This document shows, in pieces, positions 61,261 to 64,000 of a stretch of 64,000 bases of DNA. The DNA lies in assembly GCA_963666285.1 (NCBI GenBank), contig OY762711.1; one strand, given 5' to 3'. Position 1 is the stretch's first letter, and each line of letters begins with the position of its first letter. This stretch comes from Sedimentisphaerales bacterium (lineage in GTDB: Bacteria; Planctomycetota; Phycisphaerae; Sedimentisphaerales; SM23-30). Below the pieces are notes generated by a model that had not been told where the DNA came from, ran no database searches, and saw only the letters and a program-made list of their open reading frames with translations. The position numbers and the translations under genes are program-made.

Positions 61261-63999
61261 TCATTTTACCGAATCCAACAAACGTGATACTTCAACTTCT
61301 TCGTAGACTTCGATAATATCACCCTGTTTAAGGTCATCAAATCCAGTCAGTTTAAGACCACATTCAAGCCCCGCCTTAACCTCGGTAGCGTCATCTTTTT
61401 CTCTTCTTAATGTTTCGATAGTATTTTCGTCTCGGATAATAACGCTGTCACGAATAACACGTACTTTGGCATTTCTGTTGATTACACCTTCCTGAACATA
61501 ACATCCGGCAACAACACCGATACGTGAGATTCTGAAGATCTGCCTGACTTCAACCTTACCAAGTACCTTGATTTCGATATCCGGAGTAAGCATACCTTCG
61601 AGAGCCGCTTTAATATCATCCATAATCTTATAGATTACACGATACATTCTAATTTCTACATTACTCTTATCGGCAAGCGATTTAGCTCTATCATCAGCAA
61701 TAACCTGGAACCCGATAATAATTGCATTCGATGCTTCAGCCAGCAGGACATCGCTTTCGCTGACACCGCCAACAGCTGAATGGAGAACTTTAACAGCAAC
61801 TTCAGAAGTATTCAGTTCTGTTATCGATTTACAAAGAACATCGACCGAACCCTGAACATCAGCTTTAATAACAACGTTAAGTTCCTTAACATCGCCAGCT
61901 GCGATTTCAGAGAATAAGTTTTCCAGAGTAATCTGGCGACGAGATGCAAGAGTTTTTTCACGCTGCATCTGTTTCTGCTCACCTGCAATCTGAGCAGCTT
62001 TTGCCATATTGTTAATAACAAAGAACCGGTCACCGGCAATAGGGACCTCATCAAGCCCTGTAATTTCAACAGGCATAGCCGGTCCGGCTTCCTGAAGGCT
62101 TTTACCGGTAGCATCACATAAAGTTCTAACACGCCCGTAAGAACAACCACTTACAATGATATCACCAGGTTTGAGATTACCTTCTTTGACCAGCATACGG
62201 GCAACTACACCAGTTTGAGTAGACATTTCGGATTCAACAATCCAACCGGTTGCAGGGCCGTCAGCAACAGCTTTCAAATCGTGCAATTCAGAAATCAGAT
62301 CAAGATGTTCGACAAGCGTATCCATACCTTCACCAGTTATGGCACTGGTCTTTATGACTTCAGTATCGCCCCCCCACTCTGCCGGAGTCAAATCATGTTC
62401 AGCAAGCTGGCCATAAACCCTGTCCGGATTAGATGTAGGCATATCGATTTTATTCAGAGCAACGATAATAGGTACCTTAGCTGCCTTTGCGTGGGCAATA
62501 GCCTCTTCAGTCTGAGGCATGATACCATCATCAGCAGCGACCACCAAAACAACAATATCGGTCATATTAGCACCACGGGCACGCATTTCAGTAAACGCCT
62601 TATGGCCGGGTGTATCCAGGAAAGTAACACGACGTTCACCGTCATCATACAGGTATGAGCCAATATGCTGGGTAATGCCGCCGGCTTCACCGGAAGTGAC
62701 CTGAGTTTTCCTGATATAATCAAGCAAAGAAGTCTTGCCATGGTCGACATGTCCAAGAAAAGCAACCACAGGTGCTCGAGGAGTCTTTTCCGATTCCTGA
62801 CTTTGCTTATCGAATTCTTCAACAAGCAGCTCGAAATTAGTTTTGTCCTGCTCAATTGTAAGCTCAACTTCGTATTCAAGAGCAAGCATTTCAGCAACTT
62901 CAGATGTAATAACCTCGTTGATGGTAGCCATAACACCAAGGCCAAGAAGCTTACCGATAATATCTGCAGCCCTTATGCCCAGTGCTGAACTAAGGTCTTT
63001 CACTGTAATAGGTTCTTTTACAGTCGCCTTTTCAATCCTTTGGCGAGTCTGCAACCCGTAAGTGCCGCTTCCACCGCCGGATTTTCCTCTTCGGATCTGC
63101 TTTTCGATGCGGTGAACACCCATTCCCGAGGCTTTGGCAAGTCTTTCATTTCTTTCTATAAGGTCCTGATCACGGAATTCAGAATCAGTGCCAAACCTGC
63201 CGCGTTTACTGCGTTTACCGCGTTTACCCTTGGCGATAGAGCTTGAATCTTCAGATAGGGTAACCTTTCGGCTGCCTTTTTTGCCCTTGACCTTACCACG
63301 AGCAGCACCAGATTCATCTTCAACAACAGCTTGCTGAGGACCAACTTCCTCTTCCTGACGTCGAGGAGGTCTCTTACCCCTTGGTACAGGTACAAAATCC
63401 GGCCTCTCAGTACGAATAACATCAGGTCCCGACAGTTTTGCCGGAGCAGGAACAAACTCTACAGCCTTAACCTTGACTTCCTTTGTATTGCTATCCTGCT
63501 TAATCATCCTGGTGACAGGAGAGACAGGTTTTTCCTCAACGGTTTTTTCCTCAGTAACCGTCGGCGTTTCAGCCACAACTTCAGCTTCATCTTCAGCCGG
63601 CTGTTCTACCTGACTATCATCAGAAGTTTCAATTTCAGATGCAACATCAACCTGCTCAGAAGAAGCCTGCTGTTCTTCTTCCAGAATTTCCTGAGGACTT
63701 TTACGCTTAGGTTTTTGTGCTTCTGCGGTCTCAGAATCAGCCTCTATTTCTTCGGCGATATTGCTATGAGTCTCAGCGGAAGCTTTAGTTTTTTTAATTC
63801 GAGCTTCTTCGAGGTTAACTTTCTCAGCCTTTTCAACTGTAGTGTGCTCTGAAACTTCATCGACACTAAACCATTCCCTGATGGTAGCTTCCAGCCCCAC
63901 TGAAACAGTACTCTGATGTCCTTTAATAGCTGAAAGTCCTTCAGCTACGCATTTGTCTACTATTGCCTTGCTCTTGATTCCAAGCTCTTTGGCTATTTC
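61261..63999 (-). CDS. infB: Translation initiation factor IF-2; start lies beyond the right edge
   Basis: [32 protein letters not shown]; frame stays open to the window edge ([11 protein letters not shown]..., IF2_N). Confidence 0.97.
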   Translation of the reverse strand, partial: EIAKELGIKSKAIVDKCVAEGLSAIKGHQSTVSVGLEATIREWFSVDEVSEHTTVEKAEKVNLEEARIKKTKASAETHSNIAEEIEADSETAEAQKPKRKSPQEILEEEQQASSEQVDVASEIETSDDSQVEQPAEDEAEVVAETPTVTEEKTVEEKPVSPVTRMIKQDSNTKEVKVKAVEFVPAPAKLSGPDVIRTERPDFVPVPRGKRPPRRQEEEVGPQQAVVEDESGAARGKVKGKKGSRKVTLSEDSSSIAKGKRGKRSKRGRFGTDSEFRDQDLIERNERLAKASGMGVHRIEKQIRRGKSGGGSGTYGLQTRQRIEKATVKEPITVKDLSSALGIRAADIIGKLLGLGVMATINEVITSEVAEMLALEYEVELTIEQDKTNFELLVEEFDKQSQESEKTPRAPVVAFLGHVDHGKTSLLDYIRKTQVTSGEAGGITQHIGSYLYDDGERRVTFLDTPGHKAFTEMRARGANMTDIVVLVVAADDGIMPQTEEAIAHAKAAKVPIIVALNKIDMPTSNPDRVYGQLAEHDLTPAEWGGDTEVIKTSAITGEGMDTLVEHLDLISELHDLKAVADGPATGWIVESEMSTQTGVVARMLVKEGNLKPGDIIVSGCSYGRVRTLCDATGKSLQEAGPAMPVEITGLDEVPIAGDRFFVINNMAKAAQIAGEQKQMQREKTLASRRQITLENLFSEIAAGDVKELNVVIKADVQGSVDVLCKSITELNTSEVAVKVLHSAVGGVSESDVLLAEASNAIIIGFQVIADDRAKSLADKSNVEIRMYRVIYKIMDDIKAALEGMLTPDIEIKVLGKVEVRQIFRISRIGVVAGCYVQEGVINRNAKVRVIRDSVIIRDENTIETLRREKDDATEVKAGLECGLKLTGFDDLKQGDIIEVYEEVEVSRLLDSVK

Positions 64000-64000
64000 A

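Noticed and set aside
1..64000. tRNA/rRNA genes, prophage structural genes, known anti-phage systems
   Set aside because: None recognised by eye; tRNAscan-SE, Infernal and DefenseFinder runs would be needed to exclude them

Overview
Bacterial chromosomal window. The protein repertoire (dockerin-like DxNxDCxVDLxDF tails, sulfatase, DUF1080, Tat Gfo/Idh/MocA, RHS motif YGNGIDEPLVM) suggests a Planctomycetota (Phycisphaerae-like) genome; this is inference. Layout: 1-15.4 kb is a minus-strand surface-polysaccharide locus (CapE/FnlA-type dehydratase, two GT4, Wzy, pyruvyltransferase, Wzx, ManC, methyltransferase, two epimerases, a GT-C protein, a UbiA-type transferase). 16.7-18.1 kb is an intact IS3-family element with inverted repeats, a GAG target duplication and a -1 frameshift site. 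18.4-22 kb is an AT-rich array of orphan lipoproteins mixed with RHS and toxin-tail remnants. 22-41 kb holds secreted and carbohydrate-related genes, including an uncharacterised three-lipoprotein operon. 41-64 kb holds trmO, a peroxiredoxin, a sulfatase, an MFS transporter, a transglutaminase-like protein, a five-Venus-flytrap histidine kinase, hisG, an H1-tailed HhH-GPD-like protein, rbfA and infB (partial). The most striking unexplained signal is non-coding: a modular, multi-hairpin dispersed repeat system (at least 7 copies, 7-mer and 9-mer purine tracts, and a 3 x 156 bp tandem array). Every copy I found lies on the + strand, and copies differ by hairpins inserted into other hairpins. All calls were made by eye from motifs; no searches were run.
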